A stretch of DNA of 64,000 nucleotides from Halosimplex litoreum (GCF_016065055.1 NZ_CP065856.1:989836-1053835), one strand, 5' to 3'; positions 40,363 through 50,640 are shown, numbered from the stretch's first letter. Program-made: numbers and translations. Notes: generated by a model from the letters alone, not told the origin.

Positions 40363-40650
40363 TCATGAATCGTCCTCCAGAACGGTTCCCAGGACCTCCT
40401 CGACGGTGTCCCAGTTGGCGCGACACTGCTCGGTGGGCAGGTAGACGGCGCCGTAGTCGTCGCCGCTGGACTCGACGACGTTGTTGTCTTCGAGCACCTC
40501 CAAGTGGTGGCGGACGGTGGTGTAGTCCAGGTCCAGGTCCTCGGCGAGCTGGTTTGCGTTGCGCGGTCGCTCGTCTATCGCACGGAGGATGCGCGCCCGG
40601 TTCTCACCCCCACGGGTGCTGGCGAACACGTACCACAGCACCCCTTCCAT
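40363..40650 (-). CDS. ArsR-family wHTH transcription regulator
   Basis: 95 aa; ..NRARILRAIDERPRNANQLAEDLDLDYTTVRHHLEVLEDNNVV. Confidence 0.6.
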   Translation of the reverse strand: MEGVLWYVFASTRGGENRARILRAIDERPRNANQLAEDLDLDYTTVRHHLEVLEDNNVVESSGDDYGAVYLPTEQCRANWDTVEEVLGTVLEDDS

Positions 40651-40749
40651 TACCCCGAAGGTGACCCGGACCCCTTGTAAGCGCACCGGCGGCGGCGAAC
40701 TGCGGCGACGGAGCCGGTCCGCGATACCCTCGTGCGGAGCCAGCGCGAC

Positions 40750-41319
40750 TCAGAGGCTCGCGACGCCGCCGCGGACGACGACGATCCAGACGAGGAACCG
40801 ACCGACGCTACCGACGAAGGTGGCGGCGGCGAACTTCAGGTAGTCGTCTTCGAGGACGGAGAAGGCGTACACGGAGAGGGTGTCGGGGAACGCGGGGACC
40901 GACAGCGCCAGCGCGAGGCCGGCGTAGCCGTACTTCTTGGAGAGCTGGACGACTTTCGTCTGGGACCACTCGATGACGTCGAACCGCGAGCGCCGCAGCG
41001 CCCGGATGACGGGCCCGGACTCCTTGGCCTCCTGGCCGATGTGGAACGCGAAGACGCTGCCGCCGGCCTTCCCGATGCTGGCGACGAGGACGACGAGCGC
41101 CAGGTTCGCCCACAGCGGCAGGCCGAGCCGGAGCTGATCGGCCAGCGGCAGGACGATCTCGGAAGGCAACGGGAGGATGAAGGTGATCAGAAAGGAGTAG
41201 ACGAGGACGATGAGCAGGCCCGGGGGGCCGGTCGCGGTGCAGACGGCCTCGACGAGCGTCCCGGAGGGGTCGCTACAGGTACTGCCCAACAGGAGCGCGG
41301 GGACCTCGACGGGGAACAC
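40750..41319 (-). CDS. DedA/TVP38/TMEM64-family membrane protein
   Basis: 189 aa; 4-5 TM helices; GTG start. Confidence 0.55.
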   Translation of the reverse strand: MFPVEVPALLLGSTCSDPSGTLVEAVCTATGPPGLLIVLVYSFLITFILPLPSEIVLPLADQLRLGLPLWANLALVVLVASIGKAGGSVFAFHIGQEAKESGPVIRALRRSRFDVIEWSQTKVVQLSKKYGYAGLALALSVPAFPDTLSVYAFSVLEDDYLKFAAATFVGSVGRFLVWIVVVRGGVASL

Positions 41320-41389
41320 GACCGGCGGTAACGCGCGGGGTATCGTAAACTTTCATATTTGCCCTACGTAGGTCGGCGTCCGTCGAGGC

Positions 41390-42439
41390 TCAGTACCAGT
41401 CAAGGTCCGCGACGAACGAGCGCAGCATCGAGCGAGTGACGTGGGGCATGCAGACGACGCGCATCTCGTCGGCGCCGGTCTTCGAGACGCGCCAGCCCCG
41501 CGAGCGCAGTTCCTCCGTCATCGGCACCGACAGGTCGGCGGCCACCAGCGGCAGGTCCGGCTCGACCACGTCGTGACCGCGCGCGGCGAGCTGGTCGGCC
41601 AGCCACTCGGCGTTGTCCATCGACCGGTCGTACTGCTCGCGGTACCCCTCCGGCCACAGCGCTTCCATCGCCGCGACGGCGCTGGCGACGCCCGCGCCGC
41701 TGCGAGTGCCCGTCAGCGTCACCTGCGACGTCGACTCAAGGTAGGGGGTCCGGATGGCGAGTTCGTCCAGCAGCGACCGGTCTCGGACCAGCAGCCCACC
41801 GGCCGGGATGGCGGCCTGGCCCATCTTGTGCGGGTCGATCGTCAGCGTGTCTACGTCGGCGTTCTGGAAGTTCCACGCGTGGTCGGTGAAGGGGAGGACG
41901 AACCCGCCCCAGGCGGCGTCGACGTGACAGAGCGCGTCGACCGAGTGGGCGAGGTCGGCGATCTCCGGAATCGGGTCGACGTAGCCGTATTCGGTCGAAC
42001 CGCCGACGCCGACGACGCAGACGGTGTCCTCGTCGACGAGTTCGGCCATCGCCTCGGGGTCGGCCCGGTGGTCGGTCGTCGGCGCGGTGCGGTACTCCAC
42101 GCCGAGCACGTCCGCGGCCTTGGTAAAGGAGAAGTGCGCGCTCGCGGGGGCGACGACGTTGGGGTCGTCGGTGTCGGCGCGGTTGCGCGCGATCCGGACG
42201 GCCTGGATGTTGGCCTCCGTGCCGCCGCTAGCGACGTACCCCTCGGGGTCCGGGTGGCCGGTCACCTCGCCCAGCAGGTCGACGGCGCGTTCTTCGAGGA
42301 TAGCGACGCTCTGGTAAGTGCCGGGGTCGCCGGGGTTCGTCGCGAGGAATCGTTCGGCCGCCTCCCGAGCCGCGGGGTGGGGTTCGGTACACATCGACGA
42401 CAGGACGCGCTCGAAATCCTGCGGCTCGGCCAGCTGCAT
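41390..42439 (-). CDS. mfnA: L-tyrosine/L-aspartate decarboxylase (PLP-dependent, MfnA)
   Basis: About 350 aa; PLP-lysine region [16 protein letters not shown]; start at MQLAEPQ inside ORF 41390..42613. Confidence 0.8.
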   Translation of the reverse strand: MQLAEPQDFERVLSSMCTEPHPAAREAAERFLATNPGDPGTYQSVAILEERAVDLLGEVTGHPDPEGYVASGGTEANIQAVRIARNRADTDDPNVVAPASAHFSFTKAADVLGVEYRTAPTTDHRADPEAMAELVDEDTVCVVGVGGSTEYGYVDPIPEIADLAHSVDALCHVDAAWGGFVLPFTDHAWNFQNADVDTLTIDPHKMGQAAIPAGGLLVRDRSLLDELAIRTPYLESTSQVTLTGTRSGAGVASAVAAMEALWPEGYREQYDRSMDNAEWLADQLAARGHDVVEPDLPLVAADLSVPMTEELRSRGWRVSKTGADEMRVVCMPHVTRSMLRSFVADLDWY

Positions 42440-42492
42440 ACCCCATCGCAGGGGAGCGACTCGTTTAGCTCCTGCGGTGTCGGAACCGTCGT

Positions 42493-43233
42493 TCAGGGAC
42501 CCGAGGCGGCCACGTCGTCGAGGTACGCCGTCAGGTCGTCCACCACCGTCGGGTCGTAGGTCACGACGCCGGTGAACACCCCGGCCGCGCTCTCCTCGGC
42601 GATCATCGCGCACTTGTCGTCGTCTTCCCCGGCGCCGTCGAATGCGACGACCCAGAAGTCGCTGATCTCCCCGGCCTCGTCGCGGTGGATGTCGACGCCG
42701 TCGATCGGCGGTGGCTCCCAGTCGGGGTCGCCGTAGACCGCGACGGAGAGGTCCGTCCGCCCCGCGAGCCGCGCGTACGTCGAGACCTGCTCCTCGAACG
42801 CCGACAGCGACTGGAAGGTCACGTAGAGGGCGCCCCGACCAGCTCGCCAGGCGCGGTCCTCGATCTCGCGAGCAGTCGCCACCATCCGGCCCCTGTCGTC
42901 CATCTCGAAGGACGCCCCCGAGAGCAGCGCGACCAGGTCGCGGTACGCGGACGCCGCGGCGGTCGCGTCCCAGGGTGGCGCTCCGGAGCGGTCCCGCAGG
43001 TCGTCGAACCCCGCCGCCGAGATGGCGCCGAGGTACTCGTCGCCCCGTCTGACCACGAGATACCCCGACGATTTCGGGACGGGCAGCGGCTCGTGACGCA
43101 GTTCGACGTCGAACCGGTCGAGGACCCCGGTCAGGTCGTCGTACGGTTCCGGGCCGAAAGTCGTGACCGTCTTCGGCGGGCCGAGCGCGCGGTCGCGCAA
43201 CGCCCGCAGCGGCGGCTCGCCGTCAGCCGCCAT
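42493..43233 (-). CDS. DICT-like sensory domain protein
   Basis: 246 aa soluble protein; overlaps the upstream wHTH gene by 11 nt. Confidence 0.4.
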   Translation of the reverse strand: MAADGEPPLRALRDRALGPPKTVTTFGPEPYDDLTGVLDRFDVELRHEPLPVPKSSGYLVVRRGDEYLGAISAAGFDDLRDRSGAPPWDATAAASAYRDLVALLSGASFEMDDRGRMVATAREIEDRAWRAGRGALYVTFQSLSAFEEQVSTYARLAGRTDLSVAVYGDPDWEPPPIDGVDIHRDEAGEISDFWVVAFDGAGEDDDKCAMIAEESAAGVFTGVVTYDPTVVDDLTAYLDDVAASGP

Positions 43234-43624
43234 CGTCCGCTCCCGCGTCGTCGGCCGCAGCGAGCAGTCTCCCGAGGTCGACGGGCGCCTCGCTCGTATC
43301 GGCGGCCAGCGCCGCGTCGAGCACCGTCTCCCCTACCCGCGAGAGCCCTTCGCACGTAACCCGGCCCCCGTCCGGGTCGTAGTCGACCAGTCCGGCCGCG
43401 TCCAGTGCCGGCAGGTGAACGTGGTGGAGCCCTGCCCGCACGTCGTCACGGGCGACCGTCCGGTCGGGCCCCGGCCCGGCTTCGACCCACCCCGTCACCA
43501 GATCCGCGAGCGTCTCGAGCGACGCCGACTCGTGCTCTCGGAGGTAGTACAGGACGACCCGTCGCTCCGGATCGGCCAGCGTCCCGAACACGCGAGATTG
43601 GTCTCCTCCGTCGCCAAACATCAT
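43223..43624 (-). CDS. haloarchaeal wHTH protein (DUF7344-like), paralog of 21124..21528
   Basis: RRVVLYYLREHESASLETLADLV..HHVHLPALDAAGLVDYDPDG pattern shared with the 21124 gene. Confidence 0.55.
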   Translation of the reverse strand: MMFGDGGDQSRVFGTLADPERRVVLYYLREHESASLETLADLVTGWVEAGPGPDRTVARDDVRAGLHHVHLPALDAAGLVDYDPDGGRVTCEGLSRVGETVLDAALAADTSEAPVDLGRLLAAADDAGADDGG

Positions 43625-43782
43625 GATTAAACGTACCTCTCTGGAATCAAGAATCTGTCGGGAACGTCGATTTCAGCCCGAATCGCGGACTCACGCGGCG
43701 GTTCTGACGCTCACTGGTCGGTGATCCGACCGCGACGTCGGGATCGAGCGACCGGTGGCTCCACCGGCGACGACCGGCACGG

Positions 43783-44140
43783 ATGCCGGGTGCCATCCCA
43801 TCGGGCGCCACGTCGAGCGAGCAGTCCCTGGACGGACAGGCGGCGATCGTGACCCGTGACCGGCGGGAGTCCCGGGACCGGCGAGGCGACCGCCCTCGCG
43901 CTGGCCGAGGGCGGCGCCGACGTGGGCGAGGACGACGTGGCCGTCACCACCATCGACCCCGCCGAGGTCCGCAGCGAGTTCGCCAGCGAGAGCGGCGAGT
44001 CCTTCGAGGAGCGCTTCGAGAAGGGTGAAGCCTCGGAGCCGACCGAGATCGCCGACGCCGTCCGCTTCGCCGCCGAGCAGGACCCCTCGATGGTGTCGGA
44101 GATGGACCTGTACCGGCGGGACAAGCTCACCTTCTTCTGA
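43783..44140 (+). pseudogene. SDR oxidoreductase remnant (internal deletion plus frameshift)
   Basis: Frame a gives ..GQAAIVT (SDR N-terminus). Frame b gives GGSPGTGEATALALAEGGADV then jumps to C-terminal SDR segment VTTIDPAEVRSEF..EPTEIADAVRFAAEQDPSMVSEMDLY. Central catalytic region absent. Confidence 0.5.
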
Positions 44141-44495
44141 GACGGACTGGTGCGAGCGGTTACCGGGTCGACCGCACGTAGTCCTGCGGTCGAGCCCGGA
44201 GTGTCTCACAGCGATCCGTTCGAGTCAAACCCGACCGCACGCGCATCCCTCTCGATCCTCGACACCACGACGGTCCCACGGGGTCTCACCGTGGTCGCCG
44301 TGGACGGTGACGACCCGGTCGCGCCGCGCGGGCCCCGCGGCCCCGGGACCGCAGCGTGTTCCGATGGCCGATCCTCGCCCACGATGGAATACATCAACCT
44401 TTATAATATTCAGTAATGTATTTACAAAAGTACGTCAATAAATAGATAACAAGAACGGGTCGCAGTCGGGTGGACCGGAGTGGGACAGTCATTCG

Positions 44496-44789
44496 ATGAA
44501 ACGGCGGCGTGTGCTTTCGGTGCTCGGGGCGAGCGCCCTCGGCTGCTACGGAGTCGGCTCGGCAGCGGCCGACGATGCGGGACGGGCGGACAGGGAAGTC
44601 ACCGAATACGACGGCGACGGGAGCATCGAGAGTCCGGAGGAGTTGGGCGAGGCGGTCGCGACCGACGCCCTCTGGGGCGCGAGGACCGATGTGTCGTTCA
44701 CGGGCGCGTACAGTCACGCCGAGGTGTTCTCCGACGAGGAGTCCCTGCAGGGGTTCCCGACGGACTCTTCCGCGGCCGTGGGTCCGTGA
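44496..44789 (+). CDS. small Tat-signal secreted protein
   Basis: MKRRRVLSVLGASALG twin-arginine signal; 97 aa; preceded by 75-bp AT-rich tract. Confidence 0.5.
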   Translation: MKRRRVLSVLGASALGCYGVGSAAADDAGRADREVTEYDGDGSIESPEELGEAVATDALWGARTDVSFTGAYSHAEVFSDEESLQGFPTDSSAAVGP

Positions 44790-44888
44790 CCGTCTTCGGC
44801 CCCGGAAACGGAAACGGAAAGTAGGCGTTTGGAGAACGCGCGCGGTTCGCAGCTCGGGACCCGTCACATCGAACGAAGGCAACTCAGC

Positions 44889-45707
44889 ATGAGTCGACTA
44901 TCACGGTTGGCCGGGACCGCACTCGTGGTCGCCCTCGCCGTCCTGTTCGTGGCGGTGGGACCAGTGGCGAGTGTCGAACGTGCAGCGACGGGGGCCGGGC
45001 CGACGGCCGGACGGGCGGTCGTGGACGGGGGCGTCCAGTCGGGGGTGCCGTCGACGAACGTCACGCGGCGACTGACCGTCGACGTGGACGAGGGGTCGGA
45101 CACGGCGACGCTGTCGGTACTGGTCGCGTACCCGGCCCGGTCGTCGGCGGAAGCGGACGCGGCGGGCAACGACAGCCAGGATCCGCAGTGGTTCGACGGC
45201 GAACGGCGGATTCGCGAGATCTTCAATCGAACTGCCGACGACGACGGCCAACTCACGTCAGTCTCGCGGTCGGTTCGCCACGAGCCCGAGTCGTGGGTCG
45301 GGGCCGGCGACCCGACGCCGACCCACGGCTGGGTGCTCCTCCGGTACGAGGCGGCGTGGGAGGGGTACGTCCGGCCGGGCGAGGACCTCGTGGTCGGCTC
45401 GACGTACTCCCGGACGCTCGCGAACAGCACCGCGGGCGACCGGTGGGACCTCCGCCTCGTGCTCCCCGGTGAGTGGGAGCCCTCGGTCGTCGGCGGCGAT
45501 CCGGTCGTCGAGCCGGCCGGACAGACCGAACGGCGGTACCAGTGGACGGTTTCGGGCAACGCGACGGGTCGATTACTGGTCGTCGAGTCCCCCGTCCCCA
45601 CGGCGACGACCGCCGCCGACGGCGCGCTGGGGCCGGCCGGCGGAGTCGTCGTCACGACGGTTTCGGTGGGGGTCGCGCTCGCCCGCCGCCGGTCGCGGCG
45701 GGGCTGA
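44889..45707 (+). CDS. secreted glycoprotein with C-terminal TM anchor and Arg-rich tail
   Basis: Signal peptide MSRLSRLAGTALVVALAVLFVAV; 5 N-glycosylation sequons; C-terminal GGVVVTTVSVGVALARRRSRRG. Confidence 0.55.
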   Translation: MSRLSRLAGTALVVALAVLFVAVGPVASVERAATGAGPTAGRAVVDGGVQSGVPSTNVTRRLTVDVDEGSDTATLSVLVAYPARSSAEADAAGNDSQDPQWFDGERRIREIFNRTADDDGQLTSVSRSVRHEPESWVGAGDPTPTHGWVLLRYEAAWEGYVRPGEDLVVGSTYSRTLANSTAGDRWDLRLVLPGEWEPSVVGGDPVVEPAGQTERRYQWTVSGNATGRLLVVESPVPTATTAADGALGPAGGVVVTTVSVGVALARRRSRRG

Positions 45708-45743
45708 CGCGGGGGTTCGGAAGAACGGTGGGACGACGCCTGG

Positions 45744-45905
45744 TTTCAGCGCACGTCGTCGAGCAGCAGCTTCTGCTCGACGCGCTTGACCCCGTGTTGC
45801 ACGTCGCGGACGGCGTCGACGTTCGCGGAGATGGAGGTGACGCCCTCGTCGACGAGGGGGTCGACCGTCTCAAAGAAGTCTCTGACGAGCATCAGCGACG
45901 TCGGG
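45744..45905 (-). pseudogene. C-terminal fragment of a PEP-utilising enzyme (ppsA-like, about 45 codons)
   Basis: ..FFETVDPLVDEGVTSISANVDAVRDVQHGVKRVEQKLLLDDVR* versus ppsA C-terminal end ..VDHLVNEGVTSISANIDAVRDVQHEVKRVEQKLLLDSVRD*; about 92% nt identity to 48173..48290. Confidence 0.55.
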
Positions 45906-46085
45906 CCGGTGGAACGAAGGCCTGGCCGACGCGCCGGGCGCCCCGAGAGCAGGACCGCGCTCTCCGCGGGAACTCCCGTGTCTGTCGGTCACGACCAGGG
46001 ACGCTCCCGGGGACGTATCGCACCCTCGCGCCGCCGCTCGCGCCGTCGAGTCCACGGCCGGCCCACCGCGCCGTCGATACCGATG

Positions 46086-46733
46086 CTATCGGACGTATTT
46101 TTCGAAGACGGTCGCCTCGACGCGTCGGAGGTGTTTACCGACGGTCGCGCCCTCGACGTCCAGCGTGTCGGCGATGTCTTCGTGGGTGGCCTGCCGGGGC
46201 GTCTCGTAGTATCCAAGGTCCAGCGCCGTCTCCAGCACCTCGCGCTGGCGGTCGGTCAGGTCCGCGAACACGCCCGCGGCGTCGGGCCGGTACGGGCCGG
46301 TCGAGAGGAGTTCCACGTCGATCTCCTCGGGCAGGTCGAGCGCTCCGCCGGCGAGGTCCGCCTCCTGGCCGACGATAGTGACACGCTGGCCCCCGTCTCC
46401 CGTGTACTCGATGGGCATCTCGACGACGAAGGACTCGCTTTCGGTGTGGGACAGCAGTTGCGTAGTCAGCGACGTGGCCTCGACACGACTGTAGCAGTAG
46501 CCGGTCTCCACCCCGGAGACGGCGAACTCGCGGACGGTCGGTTCGGCGGCCATGATCTCGCGGTACCGGTCCAGGTCACCCTCTATCTCCGCGAGCATCA
46601 CCAGCGAACCGTCGGGCATGGACTTGACGACGTGAATGGCGCGCCGATGGACGGTCTCGTCCTCGGCCAGTGCCGCCTCGACGGGGTGGAGCGCCGCCGG
46701 ATCGGGATACAGCAAGATCCTGAGGTACCGCAT
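46086..46733 (-). CDS. HTH_10 (Bat-type) domain transcription regulator
   Basis: C-terminal LTDRQREVLETALDLGYYETPRQATHEDIADTLDVEGATVGKHLRRVEATV; divergent from the P450 gene (82-bp spacer). Confidence 0.65.
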   Translation of the reverse strand: MRYLRILLYPDPAALHPVEAALAEDETVHRRAIHVVKSMPDGSLVMLAEIEGDLDRYREIMAAEPTVREFAVSGVETGYCYSRVEATSLTTQLLSHTESESFVVEMPIEYTGDGGQRVTIVGQEADLAGGALDLPEEIDVELLSTGPYRPDAAGVFADLTDRQREVLETALDLGYYETPRQATHEDIADTLDVEGATVGKHLRRVEATVFEKYVR

Positions 46734-46815
46734 CGACCGGAGATCCGTCGGCCGTAATAAAACCGGTTGGGATACGTCGGAATAGGGCTTTGGTTCTTGC
46801 TGGTCACCCCACCGT

Positions 46816-48135
46816 ATGAGCGAGACGGCAGGCGGGCCCCCGACGCCCGACGGGGTACCAGTGCTGGGAAACGGGTGGGCGTTCGCACGCGATCCGGTGG
46901 GGGCGCTGTCCTCCTGGGGGAACCTCGGCGACATCGTCCGCATCGAGATGCCCGGCCGGGAGATGTACGTGGTCTACGCCCCGTCGGCGATCGCTCGGGT
47001 CCTCCGAGACGACCACGACCGGTTCACCATCGGCCCTGCACAGCGGGAACTGTTCAGCGGCGTCGAGGACCACGCCGTGACGACCACCGCGGGTGAGCGC
47101 TGGGAGCGGCTCCGTCGGGAGCTGGCCCCCGCGTTCTCTCGCGAGCGCGTGCGGACATACGGGGACCGAATGGTCGCGGCGACCGAACGGTACGCCGAGA
47201 CGTGGGACGTGGGCGAGCGGCTCGATCTCACGACCGAGATGCGCCGGCTGGCGGTGACGATTCTCGGGGATGCACTGCTTGCCACCGACCTCCGGGGCCA
47301 GACGGACAGGGCGATGGCCGCGGCCGACGCGCTCGTCGCCCGCGCGAACTTTCGTCGGCCGGGACTCGCGTTGCCAGGGTGGGTGCCGACGCCGACCGAC
47401 TGGCGGTTCGACCGGGCGGTCGGCGCGCTCGACGACCAGGTCGAGGCGCTGCTCGCCGACCGACGAGGGAGCGACGCGAACGACGCCTGTGCCGTGTTGC
47501 TGGCCGCTCACGAACGGGGCGCCCTCTCGATGGCGGAAGTGCGACACAACGTCGTCGCCTTCCTGCTGGCCGGACACGAGTCACCGGCGGCGGCCCTCTC
47601 GCTCGCGCTGTGGCTCCTCGACGAACATCCCGAGGCCGCGACCGCCGTCCGAGACGAGTACGACGCCGTGGCCGACGGCGACGGTCTCGACGGGGCTGAT
47701 TTCGCCGCACTCCCGGAGACGCGAGCCGTCGTCCGCGAGACGCTCCGTCTCTACCCACCGACGACCGGGGTCAACAGACAGGCCGGGGAACCGGTGACGC
47801 TGGCGGGGTACGACCTGCCCGCCGGGTCGCAGATCCTCATGCCACAGCGCCCCGTCCACCGCGACGAGCGGTTCTGGGACGACCCAGGCAGCTTCGACCC
47901 TGGCCGATGGTCGCGGGACGTGGAGCGTCCGGATTTCGCGTACTTCCCGTTCAGCGGCGGTCCACGGCGGTGCATCGGAGATGAGTTCGCCCGGCGAGAG
48001 CTCGTGCTCGCACTGGCGACTCTCGTCGGTCGCGTCGAGATGGAGGTACACATGGACGGCCCGCTGGCGTTCACGCCGTCGATACAGCTTCGCCCGACCA
48101 CCGATATCCACGCGACGGTTCGGCCCCGCCCGTGA
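46816..48135 (+). CDS. cytochrome P450
   Basis: Heme-binding FSGGPRRCIGDEFA, ExxR (ETLR), I-helix LLAGHES. Confidence 0.85.
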   Translation: MSETAGGPPTPDGVPVLGNGWAFARDPVGALSSWGNLGDIVRIEMPGREMYVVYAPSAIARVLRDDHDRFTIGPAQRELFSGVEDHAVTTTAGERWERLRRELAPAFSRERVRTYGDRMVAATERYAETWDVGERLDLTTEMRRLAVTILGDALLATDLRGQTDRAMAAADALVARANFRRPGLALPGWVPTPTDWRFDRAVGALDDQVEALLADRRGSDANDACAVLLAAHERGALSMAEVRHNVVAFLLAGHESPAAALSLALWLLDEHPEAATAVRDEYDAVADGDGLDGADFAALPETRAVVRETLRLYPPTTGVNRQAGEPVTLAGYDLPAGSQILMPQRPVHRDERFWDDPGSFDPGRWSRDVERPDFAYFPFSGGPRRCIGDEFARRELVLALATLVGRVEMEVHMDGPLAFTPSIQLRPTTDIHATVRPRP

Positions 48136-48169
48136 GTCGATCGGTCGGCCTCGCGCGTCGGGCGACGGG

Positions 48170-50488
48170 TCAGTCCCGCACCGAATCCAACAGCAGCTTC
48201 TGCTCGACGCGTTTGACCTCGTGTTGCACGTCGCGGACGGCGTCGATGTTGGCGGAGATGGAGGTGACCCCCTCGTTGACGAGGTGGTCGACCATCTCGG
48301 GTTTCGAGGCGGCCTGGCCGCAGATGCTCGTGGCCACGTCGTGTTCGCGGCAGGTCTCGATGGTCTCGCTGATGAGCTTCAGCACCGATGGGTGGAGCTC
48401 GTCGAAGATATCGGCCACGCGGCCGTTGTTGCGGTCGACGGCGAGGGTGTACTGGGTGAGGTCGTTCGTGCCAAAGGAGACGAAGTCGATGCCCGCGTCG
48501 GCCATCGACTCGACGCCCAGCGCGGCGGCGGGCGTCTCGATCATCACGCCCCAGTCGCGTTTGTCGGGGTCGATGCCCGCCTCTTCCATGAGTCGGCGGG
48601 CCCGGAGCACGTCCTCGGCGTCGTTGACGAGCGGGAACATGATCTCGACGTTGTCGTAGCCCAGCTCGAACAGCCGGCGGAAGGCGGCCAGTTCGTGGGC
48701 GAACAGGTCGGGGCGGTCGAGGCTGCGGCGGATGCCCCGATAGCCGAGCATCGGGTTGTGTTCGGCGGGCTCGTCGGCGCCGCCCTCGAGCTGGCGGAAC
48801 TCGTCGGTGGGCGCGTCGAGCGTGCGCACGCGAACGGGCCGGGGGTAGAACTCCTCGGCGACGCCCCGCACCCCGTCGACGATCTCGGAGACGTACTCGT
48901 CGGCGCTGTGGTCTTCGATGTAGCGCTCGGGCGTCTTGTTCGTCGAGAGGATCATGTGCTCCATCCGCAGGAGGCCGACGCCGTCGGCGCCGGTCGCCGC
49001 GGCGCGTTCGGCCGCGTCGGGGATGGAGACGTTGACCTTGACCTCCGTCGCGGTCATCGGCTTGACGGGCGCCTGCGGGCGGACCTCCTCGACGGGCTCG
49101 CGCTCGTCGCCGCCGGTGGCGTCGCCCTGTTCGACGGTGCCCTTGTCGCCGTCGATGGTGACGACCTGGCCGTCGTGGAGCGTCTCGGAGCCCTGTTCGG
49201 TGCCGACGATGGCGGGGACGCCGAGTTCGCGGGAGACGATGGCGGCGTGACTGGTCATGCCGCCCTCGTCGGTGACGATGCCGGCCGCGCGCTTCATCGC
49301 CGGGACCATGTCCGGGGTGGTCATCTCGGCGACGATGATGTCGCCCTCCTCGACCTTGTCGAGGTGGTCGAGCTTCCGGACGATCCGTGCCGGGCCGGAG
49401 ACGCGACCGGGGCTGGCGCCGATGCCGGAGAAGACGACGTTACCGTCGCCGCTCGACCCGCCCGACTCGGCGCTCGCACCGCCGTCGGCGACGCCCGCCA
49501 CGTCGCCGACGCCGTTGGAAGCGCCCTCGACCTCGCCGGCGTCCTCGTCGATGGTCGTGATGGGGCGCGATTGCAGGACGTACAGCTCGCCGTCGGCGAT
49601 GGCCCATTCGACGTCCTGAGGGTCGCCGTAGTACGATTCGATCTCGTCGCCGAGGCCGACCAGGCGGTCCAGTTCCGCCTCCGAGAGGACCTGCTCGTCG
49701 CGCTTGTCGTCGGGGACCGGGCGCTCGATGGTCTCGCCGGTCTCCTCGTCGCGGACGTGCATGACCTTCTTCGTGGCGACGGTCGCGTCGCGCAGCTGGC
49801 CAGTCCCGCGGTCGAGGACGTACTTGTCGGGGGAGACGGCGCCCGAGACGACCGCTTCGCCCAGGCCCCAGGCGGACTCGACGATCGCCTGCGGGGCGCC
49901 CGTGGTGGGGTGGCTCGTGAACATGACGCCGCTCTTGTCGGCGTCGACCATCAGCTGGACGACGACGGCGATGTTGACCACGTCGTGAGAGAAGCCCTGT
50001 TCCTGTCGGTAGTAGATAGCGCGCTGCGTAAAGAGGGAGGCCCAGCAGTCCCGTACCTTGTCGAGCAGGCCCGAGCGGGTGACGTTGAGGAACGTCTCCT
50101 GTTGGCCGGCGAACGAGGCGTCCGGGAGGTCCTCCGCCGTCGCCGACGAGCGGACCGCCACGGAGGCGTCGCCGTCCTCGACGGAGTCGTAGGCTTCGAG
50201 GATCTCCGCGCGGATGTCGTCGGGCATCTCCGTCTCCTGGATGAGCTCCTGGGCGCGTTCGGCGGCCCGCGCGAGCGCCTGGGAGTCGTCGACGGAGACG
50301 TCGACGGCCTCGAACAGCTCCTCGTCGATACCGGTCTCCTCGATGAACGACCGGTACGTCTCGGCCGTCACGACGAACCCGGGGGGCACCGGCAGACCCG
50401 CCGATGTCAGCTCCCCCAGGGATGCGCCTTTGCCTCCGACCGAGTCGAAGTCCTCGGCCGTAACGTCGTCCAGCCAGAGTAATGCCAT
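48170..50488 (-). CDS. ppsA: phosphoenolpyruvate synthase
   Basis: About 772 aa; ATP-grasp N-domain, phospho-His domain (GGMTSHAAIVSRE), PEP/pyruvate-binding C-domain. Confidence 0.9.
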   Translation of the reverse strand: MALLWLDDVTAEDFDSVGGKGASLGELTSAGLPVPPGFVVTAETYRSFIEETGIDEELFEAVDVSVDDSQALARAAERAQELIQETEMPDDIRAEILEAYDSVEDGDASVAVRSSATAEDLPDASFAGQQETFLNVTRSGLLDKVRDCWASLFTQRAIYYRQEQGFSHDVVNIAVVVQLMVDADKSGVMFTSHPTTGAPQAIVESAWGLGEAVVSGAVSPDKYVLDRGTGQLRDATVATKKVMHVRDEETGETIERPVPDDKRDEQVLSEAELDRLVGLGDEIESYYGDPQDVEWAIADGELYVLQSRPITTIDEDAGEVEGASNGVGDVAGVADGGASAESGGSSGDGNVVFSGIGASPGRVSGPARIVRKLDHLDKVEEGDIIVAEMTTPDMVPAMKRAAGIVTDEGGMTSHAAIVSRELGVPAIVGTEQGSETLHDGQVVTIDGDKGTVEQGDATGGDEREPVEEVRPQAPVKPMTATEVKVNVSIPDAAERAAATGADGVGLLRMEHMILSTNKTPERYIEDHSADEYVSEIVDGVRGVAEEFYPRPVRVRTLDAPTDEFRQLEGGADEPAEHNPMLGYRGIRRSLDRPDLFAHELAAFRRLFELGYDNVEIMFPLVNDAEDVLRARRLMEEAGIDPDKRDWGVMIETPAAALGVESMADAGIDFVSFGTNDLTQYTLAVDRNNGRVADIFDELHPSVLKLISETIETCREHDVATSICGQAASKPEMVDHLVNEGVTSISANIDAVRDVQHEVKRVEQKLLLDSVRD

Positions 50489-50640
50489 GACCGTATCCAC
50501 AGTGTCGCCGAGGACGCTCAAGAAGTTTCCGGCCCCGTCGCCGATAAAAACCTTGCGCTAGAGGCGGTAACAGCGCCGGTATCCGGAATATTGTTTCGAT
50601 TCCGAGTACCCGAGACGCGGTCTCACGGGTTGCCGTCACA

